Assembly: GCA_009885085.1 (NCBI GenBank)
Contig: VFLK01000009.1
Span: 3,810-67,809, forward strand
Origin: Minisyncoccota bacterium
Lineage (GTDB): Bacteria > Patescibacteriota > Microgenomatia > UBA1400 > PJMF01
DNA: 64,000 bases
Direction of reading: 5' to 3'
The notes under the pieces were generated by a model. The model did not search any database, was not told the origin of the DNA, and worked only from the letters and a program-made list of their open reading frames with translations. Position numbers and translations under genes: made by a program. Shown one piece after another: positions 29,914-39,729 of this stretch (the stretch's first letter is position 1; every line of letters begins with the position of its first letter).

Positions 29914-30300
29914 TTAAGATAGGGCAGCGTTTATTTCGTTAATAACTGTTTCAATCGAAATATTTGCTTTGACAAAGTATTTTTTTACTCCCATTTTAAG
30001 AGCTGTACCTGCCTCACTATCTAAATTAGTTAGTATAAAAAGTGGTATTTTTAAAAGTTGCTGATCTGCTTGTATTTTTTCAAGAACATCGAATCCATTC
30101 ATTCCACCTGGGAGCATTAAATCTAAAATAATTAATTGAGGTATTTCAGTCTTTAATTGTTGTAGGCCTTCTGCACCTGTAGCTGCAAAAACTACATTAT
30201 AGCCAGCATTTGTTAAAGCAGCTTTATATGCTTTTTGTAAGGGTATGTCATCCTCGATGACTAATATTGATTTTTTATTTTCAATTAGCGTGTTACTCAT
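29914..30300 (-). CDS. Single-domain response regulator
   Basis: ILVIEDD, ILDLMLPGGMNG and LTN...YFVK. Confidence 0.88.
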   Translation of the reverse strand: MSNTLIENKKSILVIEDDIPLQKAYKAALTNAGYNVVFAATGAEGLQQLKTEIPQLIILDLMLPGGMNGFDVLEKIQADQQLLKIPLFILTNLDSEAGTALKMGVKKYFVKANISIETVINEINAALS

Positions 30301-30370
30301 AGAGGTAATTTAATATAAAAAAATAATTAATTAATTCTATCTAATATATACCTATTTGACCAGCATTTGT

Positions 30371-32977
30371 TTAAATTTCTTTAGGAAATTTTCTGTTATA
30401 AATCCATTTAAAAATTTCTATTGCACCGATTACCCCAAAGCTTACTGTAAATACAACCACCCAGTCCATGAATTCTAGGGAGGTGGTACCTAGAAGGTTT
30501 TGCAAAGGTTTTAAGTGAACTGAAAGAAAAGTTAAAATTATTCCGAATAGAGAAGCTATAATTAGCCACATATTCTTAAAGATAGACTCATTCCAAATAT
30601 TTTTAGTTAGCGACCTGCAAGAAAAAACATACAGCAGTGAATCAATACTGAGAGTTGCAAAGACCATTGTTCTAGCGAGTTCTTCGCCCCTTTGCTGCCA
30701 ATTAATCCAGAAAACCGCAAGACAACTAATGGCAGTTGTTAAAGAGATAATCGTAATGAGGAATAACATTTCATTGTCGATGAGTCTAGCTTTTGGAGAA
30801 AGTGGTTTCCTTTTCAAGAGATCTTGGTCCTTGGGATCGATTGTTAGAGCTAGGTTTGGCAGGCCGTCATCAATTAAATTTATCCAAAGAATTTGTACGG
30901 CTGTAATTGCAGCTGGCCAACCCATTAGAAGACTAACCAAAACAATTATAATTTCTGAAAATGAGTCACTAAGTAAATATAGGGCCACCTTTTTTAGGTT
31001 CTCGAGCATCGATCTGCCTTCTTCCACTGAGGCAGTAATTGTTTCCATATTGGAGTCGAGTAATATTAGGTCAGCAGCCTCTTTGGCAATTTCGCTTGCT
31101 TCTTCTACAACTATTCCTATGTCTGATACGGCTAGCGCAGGTGCGTCATTAACTCCATCGCCCATCATTCCGACAATTTCCCCATTTGCTTGCAGTGCCT
31201 TTACAATTCTGAGTTTTTGAGAGGGCTTGGTTCTAGAAAATAAGAGAATTGAGTTAACCCTGCTTCTTAGTTCGTCATCGCTCATTTTTTCTAGCTCTTG
31301 TCCTTCAATCATCTGATCACTTTTAACATTAAAGCCTATTTTTTCCATCACAGCCAATGCAGTAGTTCTAAAATCTCCAGTAATAACTTTTATTTTTATT
31401 CCGGCTTCTTGAGTTTTGTTAATTGAAGCCTTTACTGAAGCTCTGATCGGATCTTCAAAGGCCATTAGACCCAACCAATTTACTATTTTTTTATTAACAT
31501 CATCTTTCTTAAGCTTTGAAAATACTTCCTTTGCACTTTCACTTGATTCACATTTAATATAAGCAAAACCAATTAATCTTCTTCCTTTTTGTGCCCAGTT
31601 TTCAATTAAATTCTCATATTCATTAATGGTGCTTGTGGAGGAATTAGAACGTAGCAACATTTCTTCAGGAGCTCCAGAAAGATAAATAAATTCTTTATGT
31701 CTGGAAGCAAGAAACCTTCTCTCTACAGAGAAAGGAATAGTTTCATCTCGTTCCTCCTGTATAACTAATTCTTCTGGAGAGACCAATCTACTTTGTGTTA
31801 ATCCCAGGCTATTATCTTTGGAAACTTTTAGTGCCCATTGCCATCTGGCGAGTTCAATCGGATCTCTAAGGTCATTTGCAAGGGTACTAGCTTTATAAGC
31901 TAATAGTACGTCGGTAAGTTTAGTTTCAATTACTCTCATTTTTCCCTCTGTGAGAGTTCCTGTTTTATCAACACAAACTGTAGTTACACTTCCTAGAGTT
32001 TCTGCTGCAACCAATGATTTTACTAATCCTTTTCTTTTTAATATTCGGTGCATACCAATTGCCAAAATTGCTGTTAGTCCTACCACGAGTCCTTCTGGAA
32101 TGGCCGCAACTGCTAGAGCAACTGCTGTCGTAAACATTTCAATTGGATCCTTTTTCATTGCTATACCAATTGCGAAGATAAATATTGAAAGTAAGATAAT
32201 TCCAATTGTTATAAATCTGGCAAGATGATCTAGTTTTACTTCGAGCGGGGTTTTTGCCATTTGATTTTCAACTAAATGAGTAGCGATTTTTCCCATCTCA
32301 GTTTTCATTCCTGTCGAGGTGATGAGAATTTTTCCTGAGCCACTAACTATGGTTGTGCCCATATACAAGAGACTAATAGCCTTTGAGTTGTTAATTTTAT
32401 TTGCTTGATTGATGAATTCATCAATTGTTTCTTCAGAAATGTGATTTTTAAATAAATTTTTTGAGACGGGAACGCTTTCACCAGTTAAAAGTGCTTCATC
32501 AATTAGTAAATCATTGTCCTCAATAATAATTCCATCAGCTGGTACTTTATCGCCCTCATAAAGTACGACAATATCACCCGGAACAATTTTAGCAATTTCA
32601 ATTTCAATTTTTTGGCCTATTTTTTCAAAATCATTATTTCTGATCACCCAAGCTTTATGTGTGACAACTTTTTTTAAAGCATCTAGAGATTTGTAAGCTT
32701 TTCTTTCTTGAATAAAACCTAAAATAGTATTTACAATTATTGCCAGAGATATAACAAATGAGTCTGTATAATCGCCAACAATAGCAGTTATTATGGTTGC
32801 AATTATTAAAACCAGAACTAAAGGATTCTTAAATTGTTTTAAAATAAAATATAGATCTGTAGGTGGCTTTTTTCCAACTAATTGATTGAGGCCAAATTTA
32901 TCTAGCTGTTTTTCTGCGAACTCATTATTTAATCCTGACAATCTGATGTTGCTAACAGAAAAACTTGTTTTAATCAT
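30371..32977 (-). CDS. P-type cation-transporting ATPase (type IIA-like)
   Basis: TGES, PEGL, DKTGTLT, TGD, GDGVND and QILWINL. Confidence 0.93.
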   Translation of the reverse strand: MIKTSFSVSNIRLSGLNNEFAEKQLDKFGLNQLVGKKPPTDLYFILKQFKNPLVLVLIIATIITAIVGDYTDSFVISLAIIVNTILGFIQERKAYKSLDALKKVVTHKAWVIRNNDFEKIGQKIEIEIAKIVPGDIVVLYEGDKVPADGIIIEDNDLLIDEALLTGESVPVSKNLFKNHISEETIDEFINQANKINNSKAISLLYMGTTIVSGSGKILITSTGMKTEMGKIATHLVENQMAKTPLEVKLDHLARFITIGIILLSIFIFAIGIAMKKDPIEMFTTAVALAVAAIPEGLVVGLTAILAIGMHRILKRKGLVKSLVAAETLGSVTTVCVDKTGTLTEGKMRVIETKLTDVLLAYKASTLANDLRDPIELARWQWALKVSKDNSLGLTQSRLVSPEELVIQEERDETIPFSVERRFLASRHKEFIYLSGAPEEMLLRSNSSTSTINEYENLIENWAQKGRRLIGFAYIKCESSESAKEVFSKLKKDDVNKKIVNWLGLMAFEDPIRASVKASINKTQEAGIKIKVITGDFRTTALAVMEKIGFNVKSDQMIEGQELEKMSDDELRSRVNSILLFSRTKPSQKLRIVKALQANGEIVGMMGDGVNDAPALAVSDIGIVVEEASEIAKEAADLILLDSNMETITASVEEGRSMLENLKKVALYLLSDSFSEIIIVLVSLLMGWPAAITAVQILWINLIDDGLPNLALTIDPKDQDLLKRKPLSPKARLIDNEMLFLITIISLTTAISCLAVFWINWQQRGEELARTMVFATLSIDSLLYVFSCRSLTKNIWNESIFKNMWLIIASLFGIILTFLSVHLKPLQNLLGTTSLEFMDWVVVFTVSFGVIGAIEIFKWIYNRKFPKEI

Positions 32978-33071
32978 TTGTTAATCTTATTATTTATTGA
33001 TCTATTGTGCAATAGATTCAAGTACCTCTGTTAAAAATAGTGTCTTTTGTTATAGTAGCTTATTAGGAAAA

Positions 33072-33941
33072 ATGATTATGCCAGATAAATTTTCAGCTAC
33101 TTGGGTTTCTCATTCATCAATTGGGGACTTTTTAAAATGTCCCAGATCTTATTATTTAAAAAATATCTATAAAGATCCAAATACTGGAAATAAAATCCAG
33201 ATAACTTCAGCGCCACTATCTTTGGGTTCTGCAGTTCACGAAGTAGTTGAGGCCTTGTCCGCGATATCAACCAAAGATAGATTCAAGGATTCTTTACTAG
33301 AGAAATTTGATAATGCATGGAAAAAATATTCTGGAAAGATGGGTGGCTTTACCAGTGAAGCTCAAGAAGAAGAGTTCAAAAAGGAAGGCAGGGAAATGAT
33401 AAGAAAAATTATTAAAAACCCTGGTCCTTTGAAAGCTCTTTCAGTTAAAATTAAAGAGGATTTGCCATATTATTGGTTATCAGATGAAGATAATATTATT
33501 TTATGTGGCAAGATAGACTGGCTTGAATATTTACCTACTACTGATGGCGTTCATGTCATCGATTTCAAAACCTCAAAAAAAGAGGAAGATGAAAATTCGC
33601 TTCAACTTCCAATTTATCATCTTTTAGTTAAAAATACTCAAAATAGAACAGTAGAAAAAGTAAGTTACTGGTATCTTCGACTAAGTGACGTGTTACAAGA
33701 AAAAAAATTGCCAAATTTGGAAGAGGCTCACGAGAAAATTCTAGCTATTGCAAAGAAAATGAAGACTGCTCGCAAATTGAATGTTTTTAAATGTCCAGAA
33801 GGAGAGAATGGATGTTTTGCATGCAAGCCTATGGAGTCGGTGCTTCGCGGTGAGGCGGAGTTTGTTGGAGTTGGAGGCTATAAAAGAGATGTTTATATAC
33901 TGAGTGAAAAAGATAATTCTAAAAGTAGTACTATTTTATAG
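33072..33941 (+). CDS. PD-(D/E)XK nuclease (RecB/AddB/Cas4-like)
   Basis: SHSSI...CPRSYY, GSAVHE, GKID, IDFKT, QLPIY and C-terminal CxxxxxxCxxC. Confidence 0.85.
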   Translation: MIMPDKFSATWVSHSSIGDFLKCPRSYYLKNIYKDPNTGNKIQITSAPLSLGSAVHEVVEALSAISTKDRFKDSLLEKFDNAWKKYSGKMGGFTSEAQEEEFKKEGREMIRKIIKNPGPLKALSVKIKEDLPYYWLSDEDNIILCGKIDWLEYLPTTDGVHVIDFKTSKKEEDENSLQLPIYHLLVKNTQNRTVEKVSYWYLRLSDVLQEKKLPNLEEAHEKILAIAKKMKTARKLNVFKCPEGENGCFACKPMESVLRGEAEFVGVGGYKRDVYILSEKDNSKSSTIL

Positions 33942-33977
33942 TTTTTTTGCAAGCAGGTTTTGCGGTATACTTATTTT

Positions 33978-34259
33978 ATGCAAGAAAATATCGGCGATTT
34001 GCAAGCTAGTATTGATAAATTAGAGAAATCAGTTTCATTTTTAGGAGAACAAGTTAGAAGGCAAAACTCATATAGAAGAAATGCTAGCTTGTCACTAGTG
34101 AGAGGATTTAGCACTGCCGTGGGAGCTACCGTAATTTTTGGAGTTATTTTAGCTTCTTTATTACAGATAGTAAGATCTATCGATTATGTCCCAATAGTTA
34201 ATAATTTAATGAGTTCAGAGGCTATTGAGAGCATTATTAATAAATTTACTCAGCCATAA
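33978..34259 (+). CDS. DUF5665-like small membrane protein
   Basis: Coiled coil followed by RGFSTAVGATVIFG TM helix. Confidence 0.6.
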   Translation: MQENIGDLQASIDKLEKSVSFLGEQVRRQNSYRRNASLSLVRGFSTAVGATVIFGVILASLLQIVRSIDYVPIVNNLMSSEAIESIINKFTQP

Positions 34260-34291
34260 TTTATTACGTTAGTTTAACCAGGAGAATATTT

Positions 34292-34843
34292 ATGACAAAA
34301 ATTGTAATTTTTGTGGGTACTGCGAGAGAAAATAGTAAAACTAGAAAAGTGGTTGATTTTGTAGAGCATCTCATTACTGAAAAGTATCAGCTTGAAACTA
34401 TAGTTGTAGATCCAAGGGAGATGAATTTTCAACTGAATGATGAGGCACAGCGAGAAAGCTTTCCTGACTTAAAAAAAATTGTAGCAGAAGCTGATGCTTA
34501 TATAATTGTTGCCCCTGAATATAACCACGGATATTCAGCTGGGTTGAAGTTTATTTTAGATTTAAATATTAAAGAGTATATACACAAGCCAGTATCACTT
34601 GTTGGTGTTTCTAACGGTCCTTTTGGTGGTGTTAGAGTTGTCCAACAATTAGTTTCAATTGTAAGAAGATTGGGCATGGTTCCTATTCGTTTTGATTTTC
34701 TTGTTAGTGAGGTTAATAGTATGTTCGCTGAAAATGGCAAGATAGAAGATCAAGAGAAATGGGAGAAAAGAGCTGTTCCCATGCTCGATGAACTAGTTTG
34801 GATGACCAAAGCTTTACAGAATGCGAGAGAAACGTCTGAATGA
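34292..34843 (+). CDS. NAD(P)H-dependent FMN reductase
   Basis: GTARENS, PEYNHG, KP and GPFGG motifs. Confidence 0.9.
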   Translation: MTKIVIFVGTARENSKTRKVVDFVEHLITEKYQLETIVVDPREMNFQLNDEAQRESFPDLKKIVAEADAYIIVAPEYNHGYSAGLKFILDLNIKEYIHKPVSLVGVSNGPFGGVRVVQQLVSIVRRLGMVPIRFDFLVSEVNSMFAENGKIEDQEKWEKRAVPMLDELVWMTKALQNARETSE

Positions 34844-34853
34844 TAGGATATTT

Positions 34854-35537
34854 ATGTCCAAAGAAGAAGATTTTATCAGCACTTTTTTCTTTTCTTTAGT
34901 TGGCCGAAAGCCAGAAGAAGCGGAAAAAGCAATTTTGAACGCTATTCTAGTTTCTGCAATTGATTATGGAATTAATCCAGCAAGTGGCTTTGTACCTCGC
35001 GTCGTATCTTCTTCTGGCGGAGATGTGCTTTCTGCCATGGCTACTTCGTTATTGGCAATTGGTCCATACCACGGTGGAGCTATTTCAGCAGCTATGGATA
35101 TTTTTAAAACAATTAATGAAGATGGTTCTGATATTGAAAAAGCTTGTGATAATTTGATTGACTCCTACATCTTAGATAAAAAAAGAGTTCCGGGGTTTGG
35201 TCATCCAGTTTATGAAGATTTTGATCCTAGAGCTAGAGAATTATTTGATTTAGCAAGAAAAAATAATTTAAATATTCAATTTATGAATATCGCTAAGCAA
35301 CTAGAGCATTCTCTGGAAGACAAACTGAGTTACAAAGTAAATAAAAAATTAATTTTGAATATAGATGGGGCGATTGCAGCTCTGCTATTAACTATTGGGA
35401 TTGATCCAAAAGTTGGAAATGCAATTTTTGGTCTAGCAAGAGTAGCTGGAAGCATCGCGCATATAGTTGAAGAGCAAAAAGATGATAAAGGTGTTAGACG
35501 GCTTGAAGATGAAGATGTAGAGTATATATCGAAATAA
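34854..35537 (+). CDS. Citryl-CoA lyase / citrate-synthase-fold protein
   Basis: GPYHGGA, PGFGHP, DPR, NIDGAIA and ARVAG motifs. Confidence 0.8.
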   Translation: MSKEEDFISTFFFSLVGRKPEEAEKAILNAILVSAIDYGINPASGFVPRVVSSSGGDVLSAMATSLLAIGPYHGGAISAAMDIFKTINEDGSDIEKACDNLIDSYILDKKRVPGFGHPVYEDFDPRARELFDLARKNNLNIQFMNIAKQLEHSLEDKLSYKVNKKLILNIDGAIAALLLTIGIDPKVGNAIFGLARVAGSIAHIVEEQKDDKGVRRLEDEDVEYISK

Positions 35538-35582
35538 AATAGTGTTATTATTCAGAAATAAGTAGCAAAAATTGGAGAAAAA

Positions 35583-36260
35583 ATGAACGTAATTACATAT
35601 TTAATTAGTTTTATATTGCATTTAGATAAACATCTGGCTGAGATAATTTCAACCTATGGATCACTAACCTATTTTCTTTTTTTTGTAATCGTTTTTGCAG
35701 AAACTGGTTTGGTAGTGTTTCCTTTTTTGCCTGGAGATTCTTTATTATTTGCTGCCGGAACATTTGCGGCACTCGGATCTTTAAATTTTTTAGTAACATT
35801 CTTAATTTTGTTTGTGGCTGCAGTTCTTGGAGATTCAGCTAATTATTGGATCGGAAATATTTTTGGTAAAAAAATTGTAGATAATCCTAAAATTACTTTT
35901 ATTAATCAAGAGCATATTGATAAAACCGAAGCATTTTACAAAAAATATGGCGCCAAAACAATTATACTTGCCAGATTTGTGCCTATCGTTCGTACCTTTG
36001 CGCCATTTGTTGCTGGTGTTGGGAAAATGAATTACCAGCAATTCTTTATGTATAATATTCTTGGTGGATTTGCATGGGTTACTATATTTATGAGCCTTGG
36101 TTACTTCTTTGGGAATGTAGAAATTGTCAAAGAGCATTTCTCAGTGGCAATATTAGCAATTGTGGGTATTTCAGTTATTCCAATGATTATTGAATATATT
36201 AAACACAAAAATTCTCCATCTACTCCAATTAAGGATCTTAAAAAGGTTGTTAATAAATAA
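35583..36260 (+). CDS. dedA: DedA family membrane protein
   Basis: FAETGLVVFPFLPGDSLLF and ARFVPIVRTFAPFVAG. Confidence 0.92.
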   Translation: MNVITYLISFILHLDKHLAEIISTYGSLTYFLFFVIVFAETGLVVFPFLPGDSLLFAAGTFAALGSLNFLVTFLILFVAAVLGDSANYWIGNIFGKKIVDNPKITFINQEHIDKTEAFYKKYGAKTIILARFVPIVRTFAPFVAGVGKMNYQQFFMYNILGGFAWVTIFMSLGYFFGNVEIVKEHFSVAILAIVGISVIPMIIEYIKHKNSPSTPIKDLKKVVNK

Positions 36261-36268
36261 CAAATTTT

Positions 36269-36847
36269 ATGGAATATCCAAAGTCATCACAACCAATGCC
36301 TAAAACTGCGAAGCAAGTTTTCAAGGGAGAAATTTTTGAAGTTTGGCAGTGGCAGCAAACTTTATTCGATGGTTCTGTCAAAACCTTTGAAAAAGCAAAG
36401 AGAAGATCGTCAGTGGGAATTTTTCCAGTTACCGAAGATGGAAAAATAATTGTTTCATTACAAAAACAGCCTTTGATGAAGCCATTTATTAGTATGCTTG
36501 GTGGAGTCGTTGATGAAGGTGAGTTGCCTATTAAAGCAGCAGAACGAGAGCTAATGGAAGAGGCAGGCATGCAAGCAGAGAGTCTGGTTCCTTGGTTTTC
36601 TTTCCAACCTGTTACAAAAATTGAGTGGCCGATATTTATGTATATTGCTAAAGGTTGTAAAAAAATTGGAGACCAAACTCTAGACTCTGGTGAAAAAATT
36701 AAATTGAGGTATGTCACCTGGGATGAGTTTCTAGAAATAGTCGCTCAGGATGACTTCAGAGATTACGAAGTTGCTCTTAGATTTTTGAAAGCGATGCAGA
36801 GAGAAGGTGAGCTCGAGAAAATTAAGCAAGTTATTTTTTCGCAATAG
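36269..36847 (+). CDS. NUDIX hydrolase (ADP-ribose pyrophosphatase-like)
   Basis: GGVVDEGELPIKAAERELMEEAG Nudix box. Confidence 0.87.
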   Translation: MEYPKSSQPMPKTAKQVFKGEIFEVWQWQQTLFDGSVKTFEKAKRRSSVGIFPVTEDGKIIVSLQKQPLMKPFISMLGGVVDEGELPIKAAERELMEEAGMQAESLVPWFSFQPVTKIEWPIFMYIAKGCKKIGDQTLDSGEKIKLRYVTWDEFLEIVAQDDFRDYEVALRFLKAMQREGELEKIKQVIFSQ

Positions 36848-37814
36848 CCTCTATGGCTGATTTTATTTCATTCTCATATTCATGAGCAATAAAACCAATA
36901 AAAATTAAAATATTTTCTGATATTACGTTTGCGCCCAAAGAGTTTTCTTGATTTTCTAATAGTGCAAAATCAGTTCTTTTTCCTACAGAATTTAATAAAT
37001 AAAATTTATTGTCTTCAAGTTTTACAAATCCCTTAATTCTAAATATATTTTTTGATGTTTCATTGATCAATTTTTCTAGCTCATCTTTTTTAAATTTCCC
37101 GATAGGCCTGAGGTCAAACGTTTGAATTTGATCTTCGTGAATATGGTCTGCGTGTGGTTGAGTTGAAGTTTCATTTTTTAGTTCTTCAAGCAAAGCGGAT
37201 AAGTCTTTTGAGTTGAGGCCAAACACAAGTTTTGATGACACTTTTCCGTTAGGAGCTTCAATAATTGGAGATTGGGTATTAAGTTCGCGAACATAACCAA
37301 CAACTGCTTTTTTCTTGGCGATATCGACTAGCTCAATCTTATTGAAGATAATTAAATCAGTAAATTTGGTTTGGTTTTGCGAAGTAACACTAAGATCTTT
37401 GTATCCTTCAAAATTAACAACATCAATAATTCCAATTACGCCATCTCGAGTAAGATATGGGTGCGAAGAAATCATCATAGCTAAAGCCGAAGGATCGGCG
37501 GCTCCAGAAGCTTCTATGATTATTCTGTCAGGTGAAAAGGTTTCAACAATCTCATTAATTGAGCTAATAAATGGGCCAACTAAAGTGCAACATATGCATC
37601 CATTTAGAAGCTCTTTAGTTCTAATACCCTTACCTTCTAAGATTTTACCGTCTATATCTGTATCACCAATTTCATTTTTAATATAAATGACTTGTTGATT
37701 GCTGGCCTGGAGCTCATCGATTAAATTTGAAATGATTGTTGTTTTGCCAGATCCCAAGAAACCTGAAAAGACAGTGGTTGGGATTTTGTTTTTTTGTATT
37801 TCTAGTTCATTCAT
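36831..37814 (-). CDS. COG0523/CobW-family metallochaperone GTPase
   Basis: GFLGSGKT, NEIG, GCICC, EASG, NK and a His-rich segment. Confidence 0.9.
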   Translation of the reverse strand: MNELEIQKNKIPTTVFSGFLGSGKTTIISNLIDELQASNQQVIYIKNEIGDTDIDGKILEGKGIRTKELLNGCICCTLVGPFISSINEIVETFSPDRIIIEASGAADPSALAMMISSHPYLTRDGVIGIIDVVNFEGYKDLSVTSQNQTKFTDLIIFNKIELVDIAKKKAVVGYVRELNTQSPIIEAPNGKVSSKLVFGLNSKDLSALLEELKNETSTQPHADHIHEDQIQTFDLRPIGKFKKDELEKLINETSKNIFRIKGFVKLEDNKFYLLNSVGKRTDFALLENQENSLGANVISENILIFIGFIAHEYENEIKSAIEAIAKK

Positions 37815-37857
37815 AAATTAATTTTAAACTACTAAATGAGAAAAAGTAGTTAGATTT

Positions 37858-38766
37858 TTAAATGTTAACTTTTAAATTTTTAAGAGAAAATATTCCAAAA
37901 TTAACTCCACCGGCGCTTGATTCGATGATTTGAACTTTCCATTTATTCTCAAATTCTTTCATTTTTTCTTGAGTGTGCGTGATATCTAGCTCTAATAATA
38001 TTTCACCATTTTCTGAAAGTTGCCACTTAGCTTGAATTAAAAGTTTTCTAACCAAATCTAGGCCATCAATTCCTCCATTTAAGGCTAAATGTGGTTCAAA
38101 ATCTTTTACAGAATTGTCTAAGGTATTTATTCTAGTTGAGGGAATGTATGGAAGATTTGCAATAATTAAATCAATGTTGTTACTAGCGCCATCGAGTTTA
38201 TCTTGGCTCTTGTCGCCAATAAAATTAGTAAGCAAATCAGATTTGATGAAATTTATAGGTAGTGTCGGATCGACAAATTCCAAATTTTTTCTAGCTATTT
38301 CTAGTGCTTCTTGCGAAATATCTAAGCCAGTAATCTTAAAAGATATTCCTAATTTAGTTAAACTATTGGCCACACTAATTGCGATAGCTCCTGAGCCAGT
38401 ACCGACATCGACGATTTGGAGCGTTTGATGAAAATTGTAATTTTTAGTAAGTGCTTTAGATTTTTGAAATGCGAGTTCAGCGTGATCTGTAGATTTTTTA
38501 ATTGCTAGTTCAGCATGCTCTGCAGTCTTTTTAATTGCCAATTCAACCAACTCTTCAGACTTTTTAATTGCCAGTTCAACCAACTCCTCAGTTTCAATCC
38601 TTGGAATAAGTACTGCGGGTGATACATATAAATCTAAGCCAAGAAACTCAACGTGGCCGGTCAGATATTCCACAGGTGAATCAGTATTAAGTAATTTTTC
38701 TTGATCTATCCCAAACTTCATCAACTGGTTTTTTTCGTAAGGAGTGAGTATTCGCTTATTTATCAT
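37858..38766 (-). CDS. prmC: Release factor glutamine methyltransferase with repeat insertion
   Basis: PVEYLTG, VLIPRIETE, DVGTGSGAI, ANLPYI and EPHLAL. Confidence 0.88.
   Translation of the reverse strand: MINKRILTPYEKNQLMKFGIDQEKLLNTDSPVEYLTGHVEFLGLDLYVSPAVLIPRIETEELVELAIKKSEELVELAIKKTAEHAELAIKKSTDHAELAFQKSKALTKNYNFHQTLQIVDVGTGSGAIAISVANSLTKLGISFKITGLDISQEALEIARKNLEFVDPTLPINFIKSDLLTNFIGDKSQDKLDGASNNIDLIIANLPYIPSTRINTLDNSVKDFEPHLALNGGIDGLDLVRKLLIQAKWQLSENGEILLELDITHTQEKMKEFENKWKVQIIESSAGGVNFGIFSLKNLKVNI
38458..38589 (-). repeat. 33-bp in-frame tandem repeat x4 inside prmC
   Basis: EELVELAIKKS / EELVELAIKKT / AEHAELAIKKS / TDHAELAFQKS. Confidence 0.9.
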
Positions 38767-38893
38767 AAATTTATTTTGAGTTTAAACTACTACATTAAAT
38801 AGTACTTGTTTTTTTTGTAGTTTTGTACGAAGATAAAAAAGCATAAAAAATTGCAAAATTATTATTCATTATAACAATAGAAAGATATTACAA

Positions 38894-39706
38894 ATGCCGA
38901 AAACCGATTTAAGTTCTAAAAATTCATTTTCTTTTTCAAGTTTCACTAACTTTTTTTCAGAAAATTTTGTATTAATATTAATGGCTCTAGCCTTTTTATT
39001 TGGTGGATTCTTCTTAGGATCTATTTGGACAGAAAATAAAATGCTAAAAAGTGGATTCGGATCTGGTTCTGGAGTCGGCGCTGGTGCCGGTGCCGGTGCA
39101 GCAGATCCAGCAGCAGCAGCTCCAGCAGCTGATGCAAGAGATTTGACTATTCCTGGCCTAATAAGCAAGGGCAAAAAATTAGGAATAAAGGAGGCTGATC
39201 TTCAAACCTGTATCGATAGTGGCGAGATGGCCGCAAGAGTCACTGCTGATGCAGCTGGTGGTGCAGCCGGTGGTATCACAGGAACTCCTGGCACAGTAAT
39301 CGTCGTAAATGGTGTTCCAGCAGAATTAATTCCTGGAGCTTTGCCATACGAGCAAGTTAAACCAATGATTGATTTCTATGTAAATGGTGGCGCAATCGAT
39401 CCAGTTAAAAGTGGTCCAGTAGCAGGAATGCCAGCCGTAACAGATGCTGATCATTACAAAGGTAAATCAGGTGTTAAAATAGTTTTAGTTGAATACTCAG
39501 ATTATGAATGCCCATTCTGTGAGAGATTTCACCCAACTATGCTAAATGTAATGAAAGATTACAGTAAAGATGTTGCTTGGGTATTAAGAAGTTTCCCATT
39601 ATCATTCCATGCATCAGCTCAAAAGGCTGCTGAAGCTGCAGAATGTGTAGCTAAATTAAAGGGAAATGATGCCTTCTGGGAATATTCAGACGCATTATTT
39701 AACTAA
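38894..39706 (+). CDS. dsbA: Membrane-anchored DsbA/BdbD-family thiol-disulfide oxidoreductase, circularly permuted
   Basis: TM helix and Gly/Ala linker; the GITGTP cis-Pro segment precedes EYSDYECPFC. Confidence 0.85.
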   Translation: MPKTDLSSKNSFSFSSFTNFFSENFVLILMALAFLFGGFFLGSIWTENKMLKSGFGSGSGVGAGAGAGAADPAAAAPAADARDLTIPGLISKGKKLGIKEADLQTCIDSGEMAARVTADAAGGAAGGITGTPGTVIVVNGVPAELIPGALPYEQVKPMIDFYVNGGAIDPVKSGPVAGMPAVTDADHYKGKSGVKIVLVEYSDYECPFCERFHPTMLNVMKDYSKDVAWVLRSFPLSFHASAQKAAEAAECVAKLKGNDAFWEYSDALFN

Positions 39707-39729
39707 ATTAACTAAAAATCAGGAGAGAT

